Origin: Octopus bimaculoides
Lineage: Eukaryota
Length of the DNA stretch: 63,946 nt
Reading direction: 5' to 3'
Assembly: GCF_001194135.2 (NCBI RefSeq)
Contig: NC_068986.1
Coordinates: forward strand, 114,409,944 to 114,473,889
In this document: piece after piece, positions 13,408 through 24,834 of the stretch
Position numbering within the stretch: the first letter of the stretch is position 1
Layout of the letters: each line of letters starts with the position of its first letter
Notes under the pieces: generated by a model
Seen by the model: the letters and a program-made list of their open reading frames with translations, nothing else
The model's database searches: none
Told to the model about the DNA's origin: nothing
Program-made: the position numbers and the translations under genes

Positions 13408-13660
13408 CCAATAGTAATTGGTGTATTTAGAAGTATCAACATTCAACTACCAACATGGCTCAAAGAGATTGGTACAAATGTGGAGACAGAACACCTACGA
13501 AACTCAGCATTGCTTGGAACTACAAGAATTCTTCGCGGGATTCTTGAAGCATGACCAGTAAACAAGTGTCGCCTTAGCCTGCTGGCTGTGGACAGCTGAC
13601 ACTTTCCATCATAGCAAGTAAAATAAGCTGTGAGTTTTCATCAAATAATAATAGTAATAA
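13408..13660 (+). mobile_element. 5'-truncated R4/Dong-like LINE end with TAA-rich tail, following a partial SINE A (13350-13407)
   Basis: VIGVFRSINIQLPTWLKEIGTNVETEHLRNSALLGTTRILRGILEA*, then 3' UTR and aataataatagtaataat. Confidence 0.8.
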
Positions 13661-13868
13661 TCCTTTCTACTATAAGCACAAGGCATGAAATTTGTGGGGT
13701 GGCTGAATCGATTACATCGACCTCAGTGTTCAACTGGTATTTATTTGATTAACTACGAAAGGATGAAAGGCAAAGTCGACCCCCAGTGGAATTTGAACTC
13801 AGAACGTATGGACAGCCGAAATGTCGCTAACTCTTTTGCCCAGCGTGCTAACGATTCTACCAGGTCCC
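13661..13868 (-). mobile_element. tRNA-derived SINE family A
   Basis: Full-length similarity to 39132-39347. Confidence 0.8.
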
Positions 13869-14579
13869 CACTTTAATAATAATCTATATATATATATATA
13901 TATATNNNNNNNNNNNNNNNNNNNNNNNNNNNNNNNNNNNNNNNNNNNNNNNNNNNNNNNNNNNNNNNNNNNNNNNNNNNNNNNNNNNNNNNNNNNNNNN
14001 NNNNNNNNNNNNNNNNNNNNNNNNNNNNNNNNNNNNNNNNNNNNNNNNNNNNNNNNNNNNNNNNNNNNNNNNNNNNNNNNNNNNNNNNNNNNNNNNNNNN
14101 NNNNNNNNNNNNNNNNNNNNNNNNNNNNNNNNNNNNNNNNNNNNNNNNNNNNNNNNNNNNNNNNNNNNNNNNNNNNNNNNNNNNNNNNNNNNNNNNNNNN
14201 NNNNNNNNNNNNNNNNNNNNNNNNNNNNNNNNNNNNNNNNNNNNNNNNNNNNNNNNNNNNNNNNNNNNNNNNNNNNNNNNNNNNNNNNNNNNNNNNNNTA
14301 TATATATACATAAAATCCTTTGTCTCTCTGTCTGTTCCCAATGCATTCTCAAACGGCTCAACTAAATCAAATCAAATTTTACATGGTAATACTATCAGAC
14401 GCCGTGAGTGTAAACATGTAATTATTTTGGATTAAAACAATACAACATAGACACTGGTTCCGTATTACGTGTCAAAACTCGAAGAATAAAAGTGAAAGAA
14501 TAACATCTATATTGTAATAAAGACTAGTCAGTTCATCTTCGTCACCACAGAGTCTCCCCTAGGACGTCGTCGAACTTAC

Positions 14580-14637
14580 CCGCCACTAATCCTCTATAAA
14601 TTTCTAAAGCGGAACATCTACCGATCCCATTGCCCGA
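14580..14637 (-). other. Candidate exon of the minus gene, either coding (SGNGIGRCSALEIYRGLVA) or a non-coding first exon extending further 5'
   Basis: Strong donor G|gtaagt at 14579, possible acceptor cagccctctactag, CpG-richer than flanks, no in-frame ATG. Confidence 0.4.
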
Positions 14638-14745
14638 CTAGTAGAGGGCTGTGAGCGCCTGACGACATTCTAGTCTTTACAAGTCAATATTGTGTCCTAC
14701 TTTGTTAAAGATATATCTACAGATTTTCTATCCAAGAACACACTG

Positions 14746-14829
14746 CTTAAATAGCCACCAAATATAGCGGTGTAATACAACCGGATTTATCTAATTGCGT
14801 TACGCTGCTATATTTGGTGACTATTTAAG
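14746..14829. other. 84-nt palindrome: 35-nt arms, 14-nt loop, 5 mismatches (all transitions)
   Basis: cttaaatagccaccaaatatagcggtgtaatacaa / ttgcgttacgctgctatatttggtgactatttaag. Confidence 0.9.
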
Positions 14830-15199
14830 GAATTTGTACGTGGGTGATTAACCAGCTGGATGTGAAGCCGAAGAAGTAGCAAAACTCCTGAAATATGCAT
14901 ATATACGCATTACCTATTTTTCTGTCTTCGATCGCATTGTTTACATTAGACATATTCGTATATGAAACGTCGTAACAAATCAGTGCTGGCTCTACTTTCT
15001 ATAACCGGTTCTGAGTATTTTGAGGCAATTTCAGCAATAAAAGTCTGAAAGCCATTTAATTATTTATTGTAACTGCTATCTGAGGCTCCTCAATTCTCAT
15101 AATATTTTGTATGGTTTGTGATGACCGTAAGGGGTAACTACTGTAGATGAGAATATGCAAATATAGTGAATGGGAGGGTGATATGAGAAAATATATATC

Positions 15200-15370
15200 G
15201 GAAAGTCCTGATGATCGAAGAGCTCATCCCTCAGTCCATATCATCTTTATCGTTGATATGTGTTCTCCAGTTAAGGTTGTTGTTGATAATGTCTTCTAAG
15301 TCTCTGATATTGTTAGATGCCATGACAGATTCTCACAGAAGAGAATATGGCTGTTGAAGCTCATCTTCAT
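15200..15370 (-). mobile_element. CR1/L2-group LINE RT C-terminal remnant
   Basis: SNNIRDLEDIINNNLNWRTHIN..MSSSIIRTF resembles the IRDLG...D..L.W..HIN motif. Confidence 0.55.
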
Positions 15371-16254
15371 TTACAGAGTGGCTGAGCATTTATTTTCAAC
15401 ACATACACACACACACACAAACATTTGCTTATGTACATGAGTATACATGCATAGACACACACACATACATACACACAACACACACACACATACACACACA
15501 ACTCACACGCAACACACACACATATATTTGTACACACAGACATATTTTGTGTTTATATACAGAGACAGAGAAATACATATACATGTGTGTGCGCTTATAT
15601 GCATGTGTGGGTGAGTGTACATATATGTATGTATATATATTTATTGTACATGCATGGGTATATATGTTATTATGCAAAAACGTGTGTGAAAATATGTTTG
15701 TGTCAACGCGTATGTGTATGTATATGTGAGTATGTGTGTGCATGTGCATGCAGAGTTAAATGAGAGTGAATGAGTGAAAATGTGTGTGTGTTGAGTGGGT
15801 GAATGCAAATATCTATAAATCTTTTTTAACATGTGATAACCTGTAATTTCTCTGGTGTGTTTTACCAAACCAGTCATTTCAAGAATTTTGCCAAATATGT
15901 CATTTACTGGGTCTTTTAGTCTTCGCATATGAATACAGGAAATCATTTTTTCCATTTTTTCTGTTTGTGCTTCTTTAATGTTTGTTTGTTTTTTTCTTCC
16001 ATTTACGTACTTTTTATGTGTTTTCTTGTATTTATATTTCAACTTCAAGATTAGTCTTATCAGACTGATGTTTCACGTAAGAAATCTGAAGAAATATTCT
16101 CCTAACTCTTCCATCGTTATCGTAGTTTTTATGTTCTTATTGTTGTTGTAGTTGCTATCCCAGGTCAGCCAAAATCCAGTACATCTATGAACAGATATGT
16201 TTAAGATATCGTCTTTTTTTAGTTATTTATTTTTGCCTAGGAAAAAGTTACGCC

Positions 16255-16400
16255 TGTGTGGTAAATCAGTACGTAATTCTAGCTATGATCCCACTGCGCG
16301 GTACATTCGGCAACTACTTTCCGCTATGTCCACAGGGTGACCAATAACACTTGAATGGAATTTGGTATACGAAAACTGTTCAAAATTCCATCGACCGTGT
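16255..16400 (+). mobile_element. Degenerate SINE family B
   Basis: cccactgcgcggtacattcggcaa..ggaatttggtatacgaaaactg aligns with the reverse complement of 41935-42050. Confidence 0.55.
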
Positions 16401-16898
16401 GTGTGTGTGTGTGTCAGTGTGTGTATGCAAGCCTTTATGTCCGTATACATATATATATATATATATATATATANNNNNNNNNNNNNNNNNNNNNNNNNNN
16501 NNNNNNNNNNNNNNNNNNNNNNNNNNNNNNNNNNNNNNNNNNNNNNNNNNNNNNNNNNNNNNNNNNNNNNNNNNNNNNNNNNNNNNNNNNNNNNNNNNNN
16601 NNNNNNNNNNNNNNNNNNNNNNNNNNNNNNNNNNNNNNNNNNNNNNNNNNNNNNNNNNNNNNNNNNNNNNNNNNNNNNNNNNNNNNNNNNNNNNNNNNNN
16701 NNNNNNNNNNNNNNNNNNNNNNNNNNNNNNNNNNNNNNNNNNNNNNNNNNNNNNNNNNNNNNNNNNNNNNNNNNNNNNNNNNNNNNNNNNNNNNNNNNNN
16801 NNNNNNNNNNNNNNNNNNNNNNNNNNNNNNNNATATATATATATATATATACATCTATATACATATATTTGGACAGACGGACGGACGGACAGACAGAT

Positions 16899-16973
<75 letters not shown>

Positions 16974-17255
16974 ATGCCAAAGGTAGCGTAAAGGGACGAT
17001 GTGTGTGTGTGTTTCTTTTTGACAAAGGACGACAGTTCAAAAACCCGGTGCTATGACAACATTATAATTGAAAGATAAAATAAGAAGGTGATTGAATGAA
17101 GCCTTCAGGTTCCTCTGATTATCTGATAAAGCCTGAAGTCAGTGTCCTACCATGACCATGACTTAAAGTTGTAGAATAATTAAAGCATAGTATATTGAGT
17201 GCATAGTGAGTGTGTGTATATATTTATATATTATATATATAATATATATTGTATG

Positions 17256-17425
17256 CAGTACCGTGTTAAGCCATGGAGGCCATTGGCCAGTTGCCCTTGG
17301 GTCTCACAGACATACGGACCCAATTCTAATCTATGTGTATTGTGGTTTGCAATCAATGCATAAATTCTATAGAGCTCAGAGCATGGATTTGCTCGGGGGT
17401 TAATAATACTGCTCGGACGGCCCTG
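17256..17425. mobile_element. hAT-type MITE (170 bp)
   Basis: Perfect 8-bp TSD ATTGTATG at 17248-17255 and 17426-17433; termini cagtaccg / cggccctg. Confidence 0.75.
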
Positions 17426-17740
17426 ATTGTATGTAGTTTATAATGAATGTAGTATATTTATTGTATAAATACTTTATAGGTTATGAATTAGTTAAATCAT
17501 TACATATTAGATATATCTGATATCCCAGACGCTTATCATTTCTAAAACTCACAATTCAAGTACCATTACATTCTCATCACCATCGCTTTGTTAACCACCA
17601 CCGCGAAATTGCATTTTAAGTCCCTGCTGCAACGTCAGGTGAACTGATTTGAATATTTGACACATTTTCAGCAGTTAGTTCTGTTACGTAAATTACTCAT
17701 GCGCTTGCAGTGTTTATTTTACATGCTAAACTTTAAACAG

Positions 17741-17843
17741 AGTATACCCATTAATCTCAGCCGTCAATGCACTCATAAATTATGAAGAGACTATCACGAC
17801 ACTTGAAACAGCCGTCCTGTCCATTTCCGTTTCTCTGACCATG
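17741..17843 (+). CDS. Plus-strand gene exon (103 nt, phase 2 to 0): VYPLISAVNALINYEETITTLETAVLSISVSLTM; the last ATG could instead be the start codon
   Basis: Acceptor ctaaactttaaacag, donor ATG|gtgagg, single open frame. Confidence 0.6.
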
Positions 17844-18929
17844 GTGAGGTTGCATAAAAATCGACAGATGTTTACGACTACCTCATGTATTAAATAACTT
17901 TAATAAATTTTATTAATTTATTTATGAGTATAGAGATTACTAAAATCTATGGATATACCCTATTCTAAAGCTAAGTACAGCATATATTGTACATAAGATA
18001 TCTTGAATAGAGAGCATGTAGTACATATATTGTACACAGTACATAGACTGTATGTAGTATACATTTACTGCTGATAGACTGAATGTGTACTAAGAATTCA
18101 ATTAATCGACTAAGGAGAAGAAGATATTAACTTATCATTTCAATACAGCCAATCAAGACAATACAAAACTATGAATATGTTTCGGTCATATATGTGTGTA
18201 TAAGTGTATGTATGTACGTATATATGTATGCACGTATGTATGTATGTATGTATGTATGTATGTATGTGTGTACGTATGTACGTACGTATAGATAGACAGA
18301 CAGATAGNNNNNNNNNNNNNNNNNNNNNNNNNNNNNNNNNNNNNNNNNNNNNNNNNNNNNNNNNNNNNNNNNNNNNNNNNNNNNNNNNNNNNNNNNNNNN
18401 NNNNNNNNNNNNNNNNNNNNNNNNNNNNNNNNNNNNNNNNNNNNNNNNNNNNNNNNNNNNNNNNNNNNNNNNNNNNNNNNNNNNNNNNNNNNNNNNNNNN
18501 NNNNNNNNNNNNNNNNNNNNNNNNNNNNNNNNNNNNNNNNNNNNNNNNNNNNNNNNNNNNNNNNNNNNNNNNNNNNNNNNNNNNNNNNNNNNNNNNNNNN
18601 NNNNNNNNNNNNNNNNNNNNNNNNNNNNNNNNNNNNNNNNNNNNNNNNNNNNNNNNNNNNNNNNNNNNNNNNNNNNNNNNNNNNNNNNNNNNNNNNNNNN
18701 NNNNNNNNNNNNNNNNNNNNNNNNNNNNNNNNNNNNNNNNNNNNNNNNNNNNNNNNNNNNNNNNNNNNNNNNNNNNNNNNNNNNNNNNNNNNNNNNNNNN
18801 NNNNNNNNNNNNNNNNNNNNNNNNNNNNNNNNNNNNNNNNNNNNNNNNNNNNNNNNNNNNNNNNNNNNNNNNNNNNNNNNNNNNNNNNNNNNNNNNNNNN
18901 NNNNNNNNNNNNNNNNNNNNNNNNNNNNT

Positions 18930-19680
18930 ATATATATTCAATAATAATAAAGGGTAAAATTAATTAATTAATTAATTAATTAGTAATTAATAATTCTACC
19001 AAGTAGTTCGGTATGTTAAAATAACCTTTATCGGTAACCTTATACAAAAATTCTGTAATTATAAGCATACTTATAATTAGGATTCAGCAAATTGCTTCAC
19101 CACATACCGAAATTTAGAAATAGCAGTTAAATACTATTCCTCTACCATAAGATATCTCCTAGACACCAATACTCTCAATTCACGTAGGTAAAGAGAAAAA
19201 CTAACGAATCCACCTGGCTTTAATCAATTACAGACGCGTTTCTGGATTAAAGAGATGTAAAATTTTATTTTTACTCACTTATTTCCGTCTTCAGTGTAGT
19301 ATTTCAATTGTAAATTTGAGAGTACTAATAATTAAAATACGTATTCGATCAAGCGACATCGAATAGCTAATATCCAAAAACCAGCACTTCCGAATTTATA
19401 CAGAGTGAGAACTCGCATTCTTCCCCAATCACCCACGTGTGTTACGAGTAATCCCGCAGAAACTGCAGTTTACTATCAGGGAGTGAATTATATTTTCAAT
19501 AATAATAAAGGGTAAAATTAATTAGTTAATTAATAATTAATAATTTTACCAAGTAATTCGGTATGTTAAACTAATACAACAAACAGTTGTATTAGTTTAA
19601 CGCTCGGGAAGGTGAGAAAGTCTTTTACGTTTCGAGCCTACGCTCTTCAATACAAAGGAACACGAGAAAATAAAGAGAGA
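18930..19680 (-). mobile_element. Penelope-like pseudo-LTR segments; ~90-bp direct repeats at 18930-19020 and 19489-19570
   Basis: Direct repeat seen; minus strand carries the gaagagcgtaggctcgaaacgt end motif shared with 20955-21000. Confidence 0.55.
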
Positions 19681-19820
19681 GAGAATAAAAAAAAGCTTTT
19701 GTGGCTAGCGATATGTATCTACATGTATATATATATATATACACACATGCATAATAATTATAACGATAGAGAATATGGAGACTGGTACGTCCTCAAAATT
19801 TATTTCCTTTTCTTTTACAG

Positions 19821-19877
19821 TGTCATAAGGCATATTTTCGTGGTTACGACGACCTACACGTGTTTCCGCTGAATAGA
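19821..19877 (+). CDS. Plus-strand gene exon (57 nt, phase 0 to 0): CHKAYFRGYDDLHVFPLNR
   Basis: Strong acceptor tttccttttcttttacag, donor gtatga, phase matches 17843. Confidence 0.65.
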
Positions 19878-19995
19878 GTATGAGTAGATGCACGTGCAAT
19901 GCTCGATTTATTTAAGCTGTTTTGTTCATATTAACATTATATAAAACTGAGATAGAGACAGAGTGAGTGAGTGAGTGCATGTGTGTGTGTTTGAA

Positions 19996-20075
<80 letters not shown>

Positions 20076-20256
20076 AGTGCCCACTACCTGCCGTGCCGTT
20101 CTTCGCAATCAGGGGTTAAGTATGTTGGTTAGATGTCTTAAAATTATATTGCTAAATTTAATTTAGGGCTAAACAAGTAACTAAGTGAATCACATCTGGA
20201 ATATCTAGACGACTTGTGATAAACATTTCGAATGTTCTTTATGTGGCGTGTTTCAG

Positions 20257-20276
20257 GTGTATTCCTTCCTGTTTCG
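20257..20276 (+). CDS. Possible 20-nt micro-exon (phase 0 to 2): VYSFLF(R)
   Basis: Acceptor gtgtttcag, donor gtattt; bridges the phase between 19877 and 24757. Confidence 0.3.
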
Positions 20277-20619
20277 GTATTTCACATAGGTATATGTTCA
20301 TAGCACTGGCTACCTTATGTAAATATTTCACTAAGAGAGACTAAAATTATAGTCTAAATTCATGTTTCTAATACACACATACAAGACGAAGCAGAGAGAA
20401 AGAGAGAAACAGTGAGTGAGTGAACGTGTGGTGGAAGGGTAGGGATCGAGAGAGGGAGTAGGCGAACGAGTGAGAAGGAGCGTGCGCTGAGTATCTGTCA
20501 ACAAATTTTAGTAAGTTACAAACTGAAAACGATCTAATAACTTAATTTTGTGCGGAACGGACCCAATTTTAACTTCCGAGGTATTTCTCTCTTATTTTTT
20601 CCCAGACGTATAAACAGTG

Positions 20620-20790
20620 ACATTGTTCCAGATTTCAATATGAAACAGGAAATGAACAGCCACGCTGTGCTTGGATATCACCACCTTTTGGAACGTGGCC
20701 ACATCCTTTGTTTTCAAGATCACGAAAGAGCTAGAGGTCTCGAATAAAGACATGTCAAACGTGACCAAAAGAAAGATGTATTCTCACTTG
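20620..20790 (+). mobile_element. Tc1/mariner-superfamily transposase N-terminal remnant
   Basis: KQEMNSHAV..TFWNVATSFVFKITKELEVSNKDMSNVTKRKMYS resembles HTH N-termini of DD37D-type transposases (from memory). Confidence 0.5.
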
Positions 20791-21050
20791 TCAGGCATAT
20801 TATATCATATTATATTACATGTATTTCTCACTGTGCATCACGCCTCCACCCACTTCCTTCCAGCGAATCCAACATGTGTAGCACTTAATTTAGACACGTG
20901 TTTTTATCTCTCCATTATCCTTTTTCTCTCTTCATCTGTTTTCTCTCCTCATGCCTTTCTGTAGAAGAACATAGGCTCGAAGCGTCAAAGACACCTTATT
21001 TTTTTTCCAGAGCATCAAACTAATACACCCTGTTAGCCTGTTTGTTGTTC
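20790..21050 (+). mobile_element. Penelope-like 3'/pseudo-LTR fragment
   Basis: ctttctgtagaagaacataggctcgaagcgtcaaagac..caaactaatac matches the reverse complement of 19590-19655. Confidence 0.55.
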
Positions 21051-21143
21051 CCTTAACTTTTGGTTTTTTTATTTTTTATCCTTTTCAACCGTGTGTGTAT
21101 GTGTGTGTATGTGTGTGCACGCGCGCACGTTTATATGTATATG

Positions 21144-22409
21144 TATCAGGCTGAGTATGAAGTAAGCAATGCTTCGAAACATAAAATTCATCGCAATATA
21201 TTTCAACAACGCGGAAATTTTATTCATCAAAGTAAGTACCATTACAATCAACACATTTTTACCAACGAGTTACAAGTTTGTTTATTCCGGTAACATAAAA
21301 ATCTGGAATTCTGGAGTTGATGAGCTCTTTCAGTGATCGCACTTTCAGCATCGGTTTCATTTCTTAACTCCTTCTCTCGCAGGAAACCATCAAGGTGCTT
21401 GAAAAAGTGGTAGTAGGTAGGAGAAAGGGCTGGGGAATGAGCTGGGTAGGGAAGAACTTCGTAGCCAAGATCCCTCAACTTCTGGAGCGTCATAAGTGAA
21501 ACGCGTGGTCAAGCATTGTCATGAAGTATGATTAGCCCTCATCTGTTGACCAGTCTGAGACGGAGGAGTAGCAGTTTTTCGTTCATTTTGGCAATTTCAT
21601 GGCAATAAGTTTCTGTAGTAATGGTTTTTCCGGGTTTTAAGAAGTTATAGTGGATGAGTCCAGCAGTACACCACCAAACAGTTACCATAACCTTTTTTTG
21701 AAGAGCGCAGGTTTAGGGAATGTCTTCGGTGCTTCATTTTGGCCCGACCATTTCAAAGAACATATTTTTATTATTGTACACAATTCACTTTTCATCGCAA
21801 GTTACAATACGGTTGAAAAATGGATCGGTCTGGTTACGGAGAACTGACGACCAAATTTCATATCTGCGCGTTTTCTAATTTTCATTCAAATCGTGTAGTA
21901 CCCATTTGTCGAGCTTTTTTGATTTTCCGATCGCATGCAAATGGTTAAAGGCAGTTTTCTGGCTAACTTGAAGTTCTGTTTCTATTTCTCGAGTGGTTTT
22001 ACGTGGATTTTTCACAATGACGGTCTTTAATTGACCGTCATTGATAACAGATGGGCGTCCACTACGCTCACGATATTTTTCAGATCTCTACTGCGAAACT
22101 GACCACTCACTGGTCATTTTCTAACCAAGCGTTTCGTTGATATCGCGAGCAGTTTCAGCTACTTTACGTCCTTTTTTTGAAGCCGAATAGCAAAATTGCT
22201 CGAATATCGCGGCTTTGATAGTTCCATTTCAGATGAATGTAACAACGGTGAAAAAAATATCAGTGTTAATTTATTGATGCATTAGGGCAAGTCTCTGTGT
22301 ATATATCAGACAATTGGAAAAAAATGTTTAAAAAATTCAAAACTTTGCAAAAGTCCAGAACAAATTCTTCATGGTTCAAAACGTTGTTTGCTTTTTTACT
22401 CAACCTGAT
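21144..22409 (-). mobile_element. Full-length decayed mariner (DD34D) element, ~1.27 kb
   Basis: TA at both ends; 24-bp TIRs match 19/24; WVLHDL, KKVMVTVWW, ILHDNA, LPYPAHSPALSPTYYHFF motifs with stops and frameshifts. Confidence 0.9.
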
Positions 22410-22844
22410 ACGAACAAATAATACATTAAGTAATAAAATGCATATACAAAGAGAACATTATGAGTGTGTTATATTTGCATTTTCATCAATCATTCTGAAT
22501 GTATTTATTTTTGTATGATTACATTTGTACGTTTGTGTGTATATTTATCTATTTACTTATTTATGCGTGAGTGTGTATCTGCGTGTGCGCGTCTATGCAT
22601 GTGTACAGCTATAGCTGTCTGAATTTATGTATATATATAAACTAAGAGAGAGGAGACAAAGTAATACCAAATATGAAAGAATGCGAATGTGCGTCGCTTT
22701 TATGCGGCAGGATGGGTTTCTACGTGAGTGTGTGTGTGTCTGTGTGTGTGTGTGTGTGTGTGTGTAAATAATTAAATTAACCTAACTATGTTCAGAGAGA
22801 CTAGGAAATGGGAAGAAATGGGAGATATGAAGAAACAGATGGAA

Positions 22845-22902
22845 ATATATACATTCATATATATACATTCATATATATACATTCATATATATACATTCAT
22901 AT
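22845..22902. repeat. 14-bp tandem repeat (atatatacattcat), about 4 copies
   Basis: Seen directly. Confidence 0.85.
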
Positions 22903-23529
22903 ACAAACAAACATATGAAAGTGTGTGAAGGTTTGTATGATTAATTATACGTGCGACTGCTTGTTTGTGCATGTGTGTGTGTGCGCATAATGCACGTGTG
23001 TTTGTGTGTGTGCTGCACGTGTGTTTGTGTGTGTTTATGTTTATTTAATTATTGCTAAAATGCTTGCCATATTTAGTAATTGCGGTTCATAAAACCGATC
23101 TTTGATATAAGATATAAAATTATGGTGTTTATTTATTGCTTTTATTTTTTGTTCATATTTATTTATTTAAGACTAATAATTGTGTAGGAGTGGGGTTTGT
23201 GAATGGATTGAACTGGAAATGAGGTAATTTGAAATGTACATTGTGTAGAATGGGAAATACTGTATGTCCTTGGTATATAATGTGTTCTAGAATTGTCTGC
23301 AACAATTGGTTATAATTCCTGCCATATGTTAGTTGACCGTTACTGTGGAAACTAGGATCAAGTCAATGTTAATTTATGCATACATACATATATATATACA
23401 CACACACACGTACACACACATACATATATAGAGAGAGAAAGACTGACAGAAGATAAAGACGAATTGGTATTGGTACATGTGTGGGGGTGAGTGTGGGAGG
23501 GGGTGATTATTTAATTTTATTTCAAGATT

Positions 23530-23875
23530 CCTTGGAAATAAAAAAGAGCCGGTTTCTAACCTAGATCCATGGCTCCTTCGTTGAAACTTCACCAACACCG
23601 ACAAGTTATCTTTGTATGTATGTGTATGTGTGCAGTATTTACAGTCAGCGCATGTGTAGATTTGTGTTTTGTTTTATGAATATAGATGCATGTGGAGATA
23701 TGTGCATATATATTTCAATGGTAAATTTCTGAAAAGTTTTACAGAATATTACAGTTCCAGTGATGGCTTAAATCTATAATCTTCGAATCAGCTTTCTCCT
23801 TTCTGGATTTGAGAAGCCTAATTTCTAAAGATTGATGTTGAAGCAGTTTGTTACATATCCGAGTGTTCTGTATGG
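23530..23875 (-). mobile_element. 5'-truncated R4/Dong-like LINE end, same family as 29590-31460
   Basis: Shares ccggtttctaacctagatcca and aatcagctttctcctttctgg.tttgagaagcctaatttct with 29641-29910. Confidence 0.8.
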
Positions 23876-24479
23876 ATGGATGTGTGTGAGTGCTGTGTGA
23901 GTGCGTGTGTGTGTATGTGTGTGTGTGTGTGTGTGTGTCCTAGTTATGACAGTAAACGGCATCGAGTGGTGAGATTCTAGTTCGGGAGTTTTAGAGTTAT
24001 GGGAAGCTTGGAGTCATCCTTTAATTACCTGCCAGGTTCCCGTCTATATGTTAAATAGAATTCCGAGGGGTAGAGGAGGTTCCCATTATTTTTGAAAAAG
24101 CGATAGGGAAGGCAGATCTTCTGGGAGAAAAATACTTTGACATAACATTTGTAGTCAAAATAGTACCAGCCATTTTTTAATGCTTGTCGCTGGAACCTAT
24201 GGCCATCGAGAGACAGACAAAAGGGTTGTGCCAGCTTTTGTCACTTAAATCCAATGGCGTACATATGTCTATTATTTCATTTCTTAATCCATTTTGTATT
24301 TTATAAAGTACTATGGATGAAAGAAAATCAAACAAACTATGAGATGAAACTCACCTCACAAAATGAGGCAAGCATTATCATCATCTTATATATATATATA
24401 TATATATATNNNNNNNNNNNNNNNNNNNNNNNNNNNNNNNNNNNNNNNNNNNNNNNNNNNNNNNNNNNNNNNNNNNNNN

Positions 24480-24513
<34 letters not shown>

Positions 24514-24756
24514 AAATAATGATGAATCGATATAGATAAACAGTCAGACAGAGAAAGTTAGGTACATACGTGCATACATGCTCACACACACGCATACATA
24601 ATTTTTTAAAATTTATTTATGTATAGGGAAACTGATAAAAGTTTGGTACAATGCTATATTTCTTTTTATTGAAAAAAAAATCTCACATCATCGTATATTT
24701 AGTTATTACTAGTTAAGCGAAGAAGAACACGTGCATTCTTGCACGCACTTGTTCAG

Positions 24757-24834
24757 TAGCATTGCTGACTTGCCGAATTATGTGGAACAGCTGCTTTTGC
24801 GTGTAAAACACATCCGGCTTTCAGTCAATCCATT
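24757..24834 (+). CDS. Plus-strand gene exon (78 nt, phase 2 to 2): SIADLPNYVEQLLLRVKHIRLSVNP(F)
   Basis: Acceptor cacttgttcag, donor gtgagt, single open frame. Confidence 0.7.

Noticed and set aside
15840-16048. Lys-rich minus ORF (MEKMISCIHMRRLKDPV..)
   Set aside because: Largely a T-rich low-complexity tract, weak splice sites, phase does not fit 14637
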